Shown here: in pieces, positions 55,921 to 64,000 of the stretch
How the letters are laid out: every line of letters begins with the position of its first letter
Position numbering within the stretch: position 1 is the stretch's first letter
Assembly: GCA_963842085.1 (NCBI GenBank)
Contig: CAWJET010000002.1
Coordinates: forward strand, 160,001-224,000
Source of the DNA: an uncultured delta proteobacterium
Lineage (GTDB): Bacteria > Desulfobacterota > Binatia > Binatales > Binataceae
Length of the DNA stretch: 64,000 bases
Reading direction: 5' to 3'
The notes under the pieces: generated by a model
The model's input: only the letters and a program-made list of their open reading frames with translations
Told to the model about the DNA's origin: nothing
Databases searched by the model: none
Program-made: the position numbers and the translations under genes

Positions 55921-56529
55921 ATGGCGGCCAATAGGAACGTTCGAGTCCTGATGATCGACAACTACGACTCGTTTACCTACAACCTCGTGCAGTACCTTGG
56001 CGAGCTCGGTGCCGACGTCACGGTCAAGCGCAACGACGCCATCGACGTCGCCGGCATCCGCGCGTTTCATCCCGCCGCAATTGTCATCTCGCCCGGACCG
56101 TGCACTCCCACCGAGGCCGGAATCTCGCTGACTCTTCTGCGCGAGATGGCGGGCGAAGTTCCGATGCTCGGCGTGTGCCTCGGCCTGCAATGCATCGGGG
56201 AGGCGTTCGGCGGCAAGGTCGTGCGCGCGGATCGCCTGATGCACGGCAAGACCTCGCCGATAATTCACGACGGCAAGACGATTTTCGCGGGCATCCCCAG
56301 TCCGTTCGACGCGATGCGCTATCATTCGCTGGTGGTCGACGCGGCGTCGATTCCGACGGCGCTGGAGGTCAGCGCCCGTACGGCGGAAAACGAAATCATG
56401 GGGCTGCGCCACGAACAGCACGCTGTCGAAGGCGTGCAGTTTCATCCCGAATCGATTCTGACCTTCGAGGGCAAGCATCTGCTGAAAAACTTTCTCGATC
56501 GCATCGATCAGGACGCAACCACGCGATGA
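55921..56529 (+). CDS. trpG: Anthranilate synthase component II (glutamine amidotransferase)
   Basis: [26 protein letters not shown]. Confidence 0.96.
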   Translation: MAANRNVRVLMIDNYDSFTYNLVQYLGELGADVTVKRNDAIDVAGIRAFHPAAIVISPGPCTPTEAGISLTLLREMAGEVPMLGVCLGLQCIGEAFGGKVVRADRLMHGKTSPIIHDGKTIFAGIPSPFDAMRYHSLVVDAASIPTALEVSARTAENEIMGLRHEQHAVEGVQFHPESILTFEGKHLLKNFLDRIDQDATTR

Positions 56530-57548
56530 GCGGGCTCCACGACGCGCTACAAGGCCTCATCGACGGGCGCTCGCTCTCCGACGCCGAGGCCGAACTCGCG
56601 ATCGGCGAGATCATGGACGGCGGTGCGCACGACGCCGTCGTCGGCGCGTTCCTGGTGGCGCTGAAAATCAAAGGTGCAGAGGCCGATGAGCTGGCAGGCG
56701 CAGTGCGCGCGATGCTGAAGCGCGCGCGGCCGCTCAATCTTCGCAATGGCGACGTGCTCGACACCTGCGGCACCGGCGGCGACGGCGCCAGCACCTTCAA
56801 CATCTCGACCGGCGCCGCGCTGATCGCCGCAGCCGCGGGCGTGCCGGTCGCCAAGCATGGAAATCGGGCGATCAGCGGCACAGTCGGCACCGCCGACGTG
56901 CTCGAAGCGATGGGCGTGAAGATCGATTGCGATCCGGACGGGCTGAAACGCTGCCTGGACGCGGCCGGATGCTGCCACATCTTTGCTCAGGCGTATCATC
57001 CCGCGTTCAAGAGGATTGCACCGCTCAGACGCGAGCTTCGAATCCGCACCATCTTCAACTTGATGGGCCCGATCGGCAGTCCCGCGCGTCCGCACTTCCA
57101 TCTATTGGGCGTCGCCGAAGAGAATTTGATGCGGCCAATGGTTAACGCGCTCAAGACGCTCGGTACGCGGCGTTCAATGGTGGTACATGGCGGCGGCGGA
57201 ATCGATGAAATCGCAATCAGCGGCCCGACCAGAGTCGCGGAACTTCGCGACGGTGAGTTGACGGAATATGAAATCACGCCGGAAAGCCTCGGCGTGTCGC
57301 GCGGCGACCATCGCGCGCTGGTGATCGGGAATCTCGACGATGCTGTGCGCGTATTGCACGGCGCGCTTGATGGCGGCGCGGGCCCGGCGCAAGATGTGCT
57401 CGCGCTGAACGGCGGCGCCGCAATCTACGTCGGCGGCAAGGCCGCGTCGCTGAAAGAAGGCGTCGAGGCAGCGTGCGAAATTATCGCCTCGAGCCGCGCC
57501 CTGGAAGTCCTCGACAAGATGCGGCGCGCCAGCAGCGGAATACAATGA
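56526..57548 (+). CDS. trpD: Anthranilate phosphoribosyltransferase
   Basis: [32 protein letters not shown] overlap with trpG. Confidence 0.96.
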   Translation: MSGLHDALQGLIDGRSLSDAEAELAIGEIMDGGAHDAVVGAFLVALKIKGAEADELAGAVRAMLKRARPLNLRNGDVLDTCGTGGDGASTFNISTGAALIAAAAGVPVAKHGNRAISGTVGTADVLEAMGVKIDCDPDGLKRCLDAAGCCHIFAQAYHPAFKRIAPLRRELRIRTIFNLMGPIGSPARPHFHLLGVAEENLMRPMVNALKTLGTRRSMVVHGGGGIDEIAISGPTRVAELRDGELTEYEITPESLGVSRGDHRALVIGNLDDAVRVLHGALDGGAGPAQDVLALNGGAAIYVGGKAASLKEGVEAACEIIASSRALEVLDKMRRASSGIQ

Positions 57549-58324
57549 CCTCAATCCTCGACAATATTTACGCCGCCAAACGCATCGAAGTGCGCGCTCG
57601 ACGCGCGGTCGTGTCGCCGATGGCGATTGCTGCCGAGGCGGGGCGAGCGCCCAAGCCGCGCGATTTTGCTGCAGCGTTGCGCATTAGGCGTCCCGCGATA
57701 ATCGCGGAGATCAAGCGCGCTTCGCCGAGCAAGGGCGACATCATGCCGGGACTCGATCCGGCCAACGTTGCTCGCGAGTATATCGCCGCCGGCGCCGCCG
57801 CGATCTCCGTTCTGACTGACGTCCATTTCAAGGGCACGCTCGACGACTTGTGTGCCGTCCGCGCCGCCGTCGATGTTCCGCTGCTACGCAAAGATTTCAT
57901 CTTCGAGCCGTACCAGGTTTACGAGGCGCGCGCGGCTGGCGCGGATTGCATTCTGTTGATCGCCGCGATGCTGAAGGAAGGCGAGCTGCGATCGCTGGCA
58001 GCCCTCGCGCGTGAGCTTGGGATGGCGACGCTGGTCGAATCGCACGACGCCGCGGAGTTAGCGCTCGCGGAGAAAATCGGCGCGGGTTTGATCGGCATCA
58101 ATAACCGCGACTTGCATACTTTCGTTACCAACATCGCGGTGACCGAGCGCCTGCTCGCGGGTTACAAGGGCGACGCAGTGATTGTTACGGAAAGCGGAAT
58201 CGATACGCCCGGCGATATTCGCCGGCTCGACGCGGCGGGTGCGCGCGCGTTTCTAATCGGCGAGAGCCTGCTGAAGGGCGGTACGCCGGGCGTGAAGCTA
58301 GGGGAGTTGATGCGCGCACTATGA
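57545..58324 (+). CDS. trpC: Indole-3-glycerol phosphate synthase
   Basis: IAEIKRASPSKG, LRKDFI, GINNRDL, ESGI. Confidence 0.96.
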   Translation: MTSILDNIYAAKRIEVRARRAVVSPMAIAAEAGRAPKPRDFAAALRIRRPAIIAEIKRASPSKGDIMPGLDPANVAREYIAAGAAAISVLTDVHFKGTLDDLCAVRAAVDVPLLRKDFIFEPYQVYEARAAGADCILLIAAMLKEGELRSLAALARELGMATLVESHDAAELALAEKIGAGLIGINNRDLHTFVTNIAVTERLLAGYKGDAVIVTESGIDTPGDIRRLDAAGARAFLIGESLLKGGTPGVKLGELMRAL

Positions 58325-58929
58325 CAGTCCGCGTGAAAATTTGCGGCATCACGCGCGTCGAAGACGCGCACGCGGCGATCGCAGCCGGCGCCGATATGAT
58401 TGGCCTGAATTTCTACGCGCAGAGTCCGCGTTACATCGAGGTTGATCGCGCTATCGAGATTCGCGCGGCGATTGGCTCGCGCGCCACGATTGTCGGAGTG
58501 TTCGTGAATGCGGAGCGCGCCTACATAGCTGAGCGATTGCGCTCTGTTTCGCTCGATATGATCCAGTTCTCCGGCGACGAAGATGAGCCGGCGCTCGCGG
58601 GCTGGCCGGTACCGTCAATTGTCACGCGGCGGCTGAAGCCTGATGAAGCGATGAACGTAAGTCCTTACCGCGCGGACTATGTGCTGTTCGACGCCTTCGA
58701 CACGAAGCTCCACGGCGGCACTGGGAGCCGTATTCCGCTGGCTCAACTTCGCCGGCTTGACCTGAGCCGTGCGTTCGTCGCCGGCGGATTGAGTCCTGAC
58801 AACGTTGCCGAGGTGGCCGCGCTCGAACCTTACGCGGTCGATTGCGCCAGCGGCGTGGAGTCGGCACCGGGCGTAAAGGACCACAATAAACTCAGGAGGT
58901 TCGTCAACAATGCAAAACGTTCCCGATAG
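58321..58929 (+). CDS. trpF: Phosphoribosylanthranilate isomerase
   Basis: VKICGIT, SPRY, GGTG, AGGL, DCASGVE. Confidence 0.96.
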   Translation: MTVRVKICGITRVEDAHAAIAAGADMIGLNFYAQSPRYIEVDRAIEIRAAIGSRATIVGVFVNAERAYIAERLRSVSLDMIQFSGDEDEPALAGWPVPSIVTRRLKPDEAMNVSPYRADYVLFDAFDTKLHGGTGSRIPLAQLRRLDLSRAFVAGGLSPDNVAEVAALEPYAVDCASGVESAPGVKDHNKLRRFVNNAKRSR

Positions 58930-60103
58930 CCGCGGTCATTTCGGCCAGTTCGGCGGAAAGTACGTCGCCGAAACCCTGATGCCCGCGCTGTTCGAGCTTG
59001 AGAGCGCTTACAAGCAGGCACGCCGCGATCCGACGTTTCGCGACGAGCTCGAGCGGCGCTCGCGCGAGTTCGTCGGACGTCCGACTCCGCTCTACCTGTG
59101 CGAAAATCTCACGGCTCGGCTCGGCGGCGCAAAGATTTATTTGAAGCGCGAGGACCTCTGCCACACCGGCGCGCACAAGGTGAACAACACGCTCGGGCAG
59201 GCGCTGCTGGCGGTGCGCATGAACAAGTCGCGCATCACCGCCGAGACCGGCGCGGGGCAGCACGGCGTCGCGACGGCGACGATGGCGGCGCTGTTTCGCC
59301 GCGAATGCGAAGTCTTCATGGGGTCGGTGGACGTCGAGCGTCAATCGCTTAACGTCTTTCGGATGAAGCTGCTCGGCGCGAAGGTCACGCCCGTCGAGGG
59401 CGGCAGCAAGAGCCTCAAGGACGCAATGAACGAGGCGCTGCGCGACTGGATCGCGACCGTGCGCAACACTTACTATCTGATTGGGACGACGGCGGGGCCG
59501 CATCCGTACCCGATGATCGTGCGCGACTTCCAGGCAGTCATCGGGCGCGAGGCTCGCCGCCAGATTCTCAAACACGAAGGGCGCCTGCCCGACGTGCTGG
59601 TCGCGTGCGTCAACGGCGGCTCGAACGCGATTGGGCTGTTCTACCCGTTTATCAAAGATACCAATGTGAAGATGATTGGCGTCGAGGCCGCCGGTCTCGG
59701 CATCAGCGGACCGCATCATGCGGCCACGATCACGGCGGGCAGCGTCGGCGTTCTGCACGGCAACAAAACCTACCTGCTGCAGGACGAGCTCGGGCAGATT
59801 CGCGAGACGCATTCGATCGCCGCGGGACTCGATTACCCGGGCGTCGGCCCCGAGCATTCGTGGCTGAACGACGTGGGCCGCGCCGAGTATACGTCGGTGA
59901 CCGACGCCGAGGCGCTCGACGCGTTGAAGACGCTGTCGGAGACCGAGGGAATTATCCCGGCGCTCGAGAGTTCGCATGCGGTCGCGCACGCAATCAAGCT
60001 GGCGCCGCAAATGGCGAAGGAACAAATCATGATCGTGAATCTGTCGGGGCGCGGCGACAAGGACATGCAAACGGTCGCCAAGGCGTTCGGAGTGACGGTG
60101 TAA
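58910..60103 (+). CDS. trpB: Tryptophan synthase beta chain
   Basis: [44 protein letters not shown]. Confidence 0.98.
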   Translation: MQNVPDSRGHFGQFGGKYVAETLMPALFELESAYKQARRDPTFRDELERRSREFVGRPTPLYLCENLTARLGGAKIYLKREDLCHTGAHKVNNTLGQALLAVRMNKSRITAETGAGQHGVATATMAALFRRECEVFMGSVDVERQSLNVFRMKLLGAKVTPVEGGSKSLKDAMNEALRDWIATVRNTYYLIGTTAGPHPYPMIVRDFQAVIGREARRQILKHEGRLPDVLVACVNGGSNAIGLFYPFIKDTNVKMIGVEAAGLGISGPHHAATITAGSVGVLHGNKTYLLQDELGQIRETHSIAAGLDYPGVGPEHSWLNDVGRAEYTSVTDAEALDALKTLSETEGIIPALESSHAVAHAIKLAPQMAKEQIMIVNLSGRGDKDMQTVAKAFGVTV

Positions 60104-60106
60104 GCC

Positions 60107-60946
60107 ATGACAGCGGCGCGCAGAATCAAACGTAAATTTCGTGAGTTGCGCGCGCGCGGCGAGGCGGCGCTGATCCCGTTCATCGTTGCGGGCGATCCCG
60201 ATATGGAGACGACGCGCAGGCTGGTGCTCGAACTCGAGGCTCGCGGCGCTGACTTGATCGAGCTGGGCGTGCCGTTTTCCGATCCGATGGCCGACGGACC
60301 CGCCAACCAGCGCGCGCTGGCGCGCGGACTGGGCGCGGGCGCGTCGCTGGCGGCGATTCTCTCGATGGTGAGCGAGCTGCGCGCGCAGACGCAGATTCCG
60401 CTGATCCTGTTCGGGTACTTCAACCCGATCTTTCATTACGGATGCGAGCGGTTGTGCGCGGACGCCGCGCGCGCGGGTATCGACGCGTTGCTGGTGATCG
60501 ATCTGCCGCCCGAGGAAGCCGGCGAGCTCAAGCGCCCCGCCCGCGCCAACGGTCTCGACCTCATCTACCTGCTCGCGCCGACGACGCCGCTGGACCGGAG
60601 CCGCGCGATCGCGCGCTCGGCCAGCGGCTTCCTCTACTATGTTTCGGTGACGGGAGTGACCGGCGCGCGCGCGCATCTCGACACGGGCATCGCCGAGCAC
60701 ATGCGCGAGCTGCGCAGCGTGACCGATCTGCCAATCGGCGTTGGCTTTGGCATCTCAACGCCCGAGCAGGCGGCCAAAGTTGCGACGATGGCGGACGCGG
60801 TCGTCGTCGGCAGCGCCATATCGTTGTTGATCGAGGCGCACATCGCATCGGGCGACGTGCCGGAGGCGGTGGGCGGGATGGTCGAGGCGATGAAGGACGC
60901 GATGAAGTCGGCGCATCGCACCGAGCGCGCGCCGGCCGCGGGGTAA
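60107..60946 (+). CDS. trpA: Tryptophan synthase alpha chain
   Basis: IELGVPFSDPMADGP, YFNP, DLPPEE, VTGVTG, VGFGIS. Confidence 0.97.
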   Translation: MTAARRIKRKFRELRARGEAALIPFIVAGDPDMETTRRLVLELEARGADLIELGVPFSDPMADGPANQRALARGLGAGASLAAILSMVSELRAQTQIPLILFGYFNPIFHYGCERLCADAARAGIDALLVIDLPPEEAGELKRPARANGLDLIYLLAPTTPLDRSRAIARSASGFLYYVSVTGVTGARAHLDTGIAEHMRELRSVTDLPIGVGFGISTPEQAAKVATMADAVVVGSAISLLIEAHIASGDVPEAVGGMVEAMKDAMKSAHRTERAPAAG

Positions 60947-60951
60947 TGCGA

Positions 60952-61839
60952 ATGGCCGAGCGCGAACAGATTACCGCACCGACGCAGTCCCCGTCCGACG
61001 ACATCTGGTCGAAGTGCCCGTCGTGCAAGGAGATGGCGTTCCGCAAGGAAGTCGAACGCAATCTGAACGTGTGCCCCAAGTGCGGACATCACTTCCGTCT
61101 CACCGTTGCGCAGCGGCTGTCGATCAGCGTCGATCGCGGCACATGGCGCGAGCTGATGGCCGAGATGGCGATCGGCGATCCGCTCGGCTTCGTCGATTCC
61201 AAGCCCTATCCGAAGCGGATGAAACAGGCGCGGGCGAGCAGCGGCCGCAACGACGCGGTGGTGGTCGGGCTCGGCAAAATCGAGAATCGGCCGGTGGCTA
61301 TCGGCGTGATGGATTTCGAGTTCATGGGCGGCAGCATGGGCGTGGTGGTGGGCGAGAAGCTCGCGCGGCTGTTCGACATCGCGGGCGAGCGCAAGCTGCC
61401 GGTCGTCGTGTTCGTCGCGTCGGGGGGCGCGCGGATGCAGGAAGGCGTGCTTTCACTGATGCAGATGGCGAAAGTGTCCGGCGCGATCGCGCGATTTCGC
61501 GACGCGCGCCTGCCGTACATTTCCGTGCTGTGCGATCCGACCACGGGCGGCGTGGCCGCGTCGTTTGCGATGCTCGGCGATTTGAATATCTCGGAGCCGG
61601 GCGCACTGATAGGCTTTGCCGGCCGTCGGGTCACCGAACAGACCAGCAATCAGCAGCTCCCGGACGATTTTCAGCGCGCCGAGTTCCTGCTCGCGCACGG
61701 GATGCTTGACGCGATCGTCCCGCGCCACCAGATGCGCTTCACGCTGGCGCGAATCCTCGCGATGTTGACGAAGCCGCGCGGCAACCGCGGCGCCGGACCC
61801 GCGGCAGGTAGAGGGAAGGGCAGGCGCGCTCCCCGGTAG
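60952..61839 (+). CDS. accD: Acetyl-CoA carboxylase carboxyltransferase beta subunit
   Basis: WSKCPSC...VCPKC zinc finger, FMGGSMG, SGGARMQEG, PTTGGV, GFAG.RV. Confidence 0.97.
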   Translation: MAEREQITAPTQSPSDDIWSKCPSCKEMAFRKEVERNLNVCPKCGHHFRLTVAQRLSISVDRGTWRELMAEMAIGDPLGFVDSKPYPKRMKQARASSGRNDAVVVGLGKIENRPVAIGVMDFEFMGGSMGVVVGEKLARLFDIAGERKLPVVVFVASGGARMQEGVLSLMQMAKVSGAIARFRDARLPYISVLCDPTTGGVAASFAMLGDLNISEPGALIGFAGRRVTEQTSNQQLPDDFQRAEFLLAHGMLDAIVPRHQMRFTLARILAMLTKPRGNRGAGPAAGRGKGRRAPR

Positions 61840-62056
61840 TGGCCTGATTTCGGGAACGCGGCCTCTCGCTGACAGGCGCAATAGAAGCTGCAGCGTCGTT
61901 TCAAAGGTTACTGGAGCCGCCCGCAGAACCCCTCACTTGCCGGCCGCGTTGCGGCCGACAGCCTCTTCGGTGAAGTAACGGGCGAAGTAAGATTCGGACG
62001 CGGCGGCTCGCGAAATCTTCCGTGATCGGATGGTTGCCGGTAAACTCCGCCTAGGC

Positions 62057-63367
62057 ATGGACCAGCTGAGCATCACTATCGACTGGCTTTATTCGCTGGA
62101 ATCTCGCGGGGAGATTTACAAACTCGAGCGGATGGAGGCTGCGCTTGAGGTCATTGGCAATCCGCATCGCAGGATTCGGACAGTGCATATCGCGGGCACG
62201 AAGGGTAAGGGTTCGGTCGCCGCTATGCTCGACAGTTGCCTGCGGCAAGCGGGGTGCCGGACCGGGCTTTATACCAAGCCGCATTTGGTAAATCTGGCGG
62301 AGCGGACGCGAATCTCCGGGGCTGAAATTCCGGCGGCGCAGATGCTCGACTATATCGAGCGGCTGCGTGCGATTTACGACCGTGCGGGCCTGGCGCTCAC
62401 GTTTTTCGAGTTCACGGTCGCGATGATGTTTCTGTACTTCGCGGAGGAGAACGTCGATGTCGCGGTGGTCGAGACGGGACTCGGCGGGCGGCTGGATTCG
62501 ACCAACGTCGTGACGCCGATTTTGAGCGTGATCACACCGATCGGTTTCGATCACATGGAATATCTCGGCTACACCATTGCGGCTATTGCGGGTGAGAAGG
62601 GCGGGATAATCAAAAACGATGTTCCCGTCGTGATCGGCGCGCGCGACCCCGAAGCGCGGCTGGCGCTGACCTCTATTGCCGCGCAACGGCGAAGCGCCAT
62701 GCGGTTGATCGATCGAGACTTCTCGTACCAGTCGCACGCGCCCGCGCATCGATTGGACTACCACGGCCTTGGCCTGGAGCTGTGCGATCTCGAGCTTGGA
62801 CTGGCGGGTCCGTTTCAGCATGAGAACGCCGCGATTGCGGTGGCGACGCTCGAGGCGATGCGGGCGCAGGGCTGGCAAATAGACGAAGACGCAATCCGGC
62901 GAGGTTTGCGCGACATCTACTGGCCTGGACGTTTCGATGCCGTATCGAAGCGGCCGCTGGTTATCCTGGATTGCGCGCATAACGAGATGAGCATCGCGGC
63001 GCTGCTGGAGACGATGAGCGTCGAGCTCGGGCCCGGCGTGAAACCGCGCCTGATATTTGGCTGCCAGTCGGCCAAGGAATGGCCGAGGATGGCGGCGATG
63101 CTCGGTCCGCGCGTGCGCGACGTCATGTTGACGCAGGCCAAGCCCAAGAACCCGCTCGAGCCGGCGGAACTGGTGGCGCATTTCGCGGCGCACTGTCCCG
63201 CGCGCGTCGAGCGCGATCCGATGCGCGCGATCGAGCGGGTGCTTTCAGAATTGGGGCCGGATGACGTGGCGCTGGTCACGGGATCCGTGTATCTTATCGG
63301 CGAAGTTTACCCGTATTTTCTGACCCGCGAGGGGCGAATTGGGTTGTTTCCTGAAGCCGGCGCTTAA
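62057..63367 (+). CDS. folC: Folylpolyglutamate synthase/dihydrofolate synthase
   Basis: HIAGTKGKGS, ETGLGGRLDSTN, DH..YLG, WPGR, LDCAHN, TGSVY. Confidence 0.96.
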   Translation: MDQLSITIDWLYSLESRGEIYKLERMEAALEVIGNPHRRIRTVHIAGTKGKGSVAAMLDSCLRQAGCRTGLYTKPHLVNLAERTRISGAEIPAAQMLDYIERLRAIYDRAGLALTFFEFTVAMMFLYFAEENVDVAVVETGLGGRLDSTNVVTPILSVITPIGFDHMEYLGYTIAAIAGEKGGIIKNDVPVVIGARDPEARLALTSIAAQRRSAMRLIDRDFSYQSHAPAHRLDYHGLGLELCDLELGLAGPFQHENAAIAVATLEAMRAQGWQIDEDAIRRGLRDIYWPGRFDAVSKRPLVILDCAHNEMSIAALLETMSVELGPGVKPRLIFGCQSAKEWPRMAAMLGPRVRDVMLTQAKPKNPLEPAELVAHFAAHCPARVERDPMRAIERVLSELGPDDVALVTGSVYLIGEVYPYFLTREGRIGLFPEAGA

Positions 63368-64000
63368 AAGAATCGCGATTGCGGCGGTGTGGGCTGCGAT
63401 GCTCTCGCCGGCTATCGCCATCGCGGATACGCCGACTCCTCCGCCCGCGCCCGCGCAAAAGAAAGGGTTTCAAGTTCCCACCCCGGTCCGCGCCGGACAT
63501 GAAGAGCCGGTCACCGTCACCGGCCAGGAAACCATCTACGACTCGAAGACCGACACGTTCGTGGTAAAGGGCGACGCCGTCATGATCCAGGGCGGAAGCG
63601 TGCTCAAGGCCGACGAGATCGACATCATGCGCCGTGAGCGCAAGGCGCACGCGATCGGCCACGTGCATTTGATCGATCCGGAAGTCGAAATGTGGGCGAC
63701 CGACGCGACGATCGACGTTACCAACGAGACCATGGTGCTTTACAACGCCAAGGTGTTGGCGAAACAGAAGATTTACCATCTTGAAGGCAAGCAGATCATA
63801 AAGCTCGAGGGGCAGAACTACGAGGTCAAGAACGGATTCTTTACGACTTGCGGCTGCGAAAAAGGCACGCCCTCGTGGTCGATAAACGCGGATCATATGG
63901 TCGTGAACATGGGACACACCGGCAACGCGACCAACGCCACCTTTGACGTGGCTGGTATCCCGGTAATGAGGACGCCGTACCTGGTTTTCCCGGCTGATAC
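63339..64000 (+). CDS. lptD: LPS-assembly protein LptD (N-terminal part, runs off window end)
   Basis: TTG 63339 after GAGGGG, signal peptide, OstA-like beta-jellyroll (VTVTGQETIYD...VKGDAVMIQGGSVLKADEI), FTTCGC...PSW, PVMRTPY. Confidence 0.8.
   Translation, partial: MGCFLKPALKRIAIAAVWAAMLSPAIAIADTPTPPPAPAQKKGFQVPTPVRAGHEEPVTVTGQETIYDSKTDTFVVKGDAVMIQGGSVLKADEIDIMRRERKAHAIGHVHLIDPEVEMWATDATIDVTNETMVLYNAKVLAKQKIYHLEGKQIIKLEGQNYEVKNGFFTTCGCEKGTPSWSINADHMVVNMGHTGNATNATFDVAGIPVMRTPYLVFPAD

Noticed and set aside
1-64000. tRNA, rRNA, IS transposase or prophage genes
   Set aside because: I saw no T-loop/cloverleaf, rRNA, DDE/HUH transposase or phage structural signatures by eye. A tRNAscan or Rfam run would be needed to exclude them formally.

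Overview
GC-rich bacterial chromosomal window, mostly housekeeping. It contains a heterodimeric ABC exporter pair, mrp/apbC, dnaB, a mutS-amidase-glnD-xerD-S2P-scpAB cluster with a parS site, gcvT-gcvPA-gcvPB/folD, recD2, argS-SPOR, and a complete trpEGDCFBA-accD-folC-lptD operon preceded by a Trp leader-peptide attenuator. The gene order suggests a deltaproteobacteria-like diderm, possibly Binatota; this is inference only. The stand-out is a ~4.3 kb lower-GC island (29343-33663) bounded by a 49-bp direct repeat (47/49 identical) that duplicates the 3' end of an SDR gene. The island has no integrase. It carries an array of polymorphic-toxin-like cassettes: an RHS-core fragment and three different C-terminal 'tips'. 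Each tip is preceded by the same ~40-aa block (LFGG(G)SxxPPxPRQLxHGRHPLYPxILGxxDGLIP), which I do not recognise as a named domain. Tips A and B are directly followed by small membrane or secreted genes (candidate immunity), and tip B is an RlpA-like DPBB domain. Other oddities are a frameshifted AT-rich orphan gene (3436-3908), a three-copy ~60-bp dispersed repeat (two copies flank an orphan lipoprotein), and a gcv operon lacking gcvH. All calls come from reading motifs by eye; no database searches were run.
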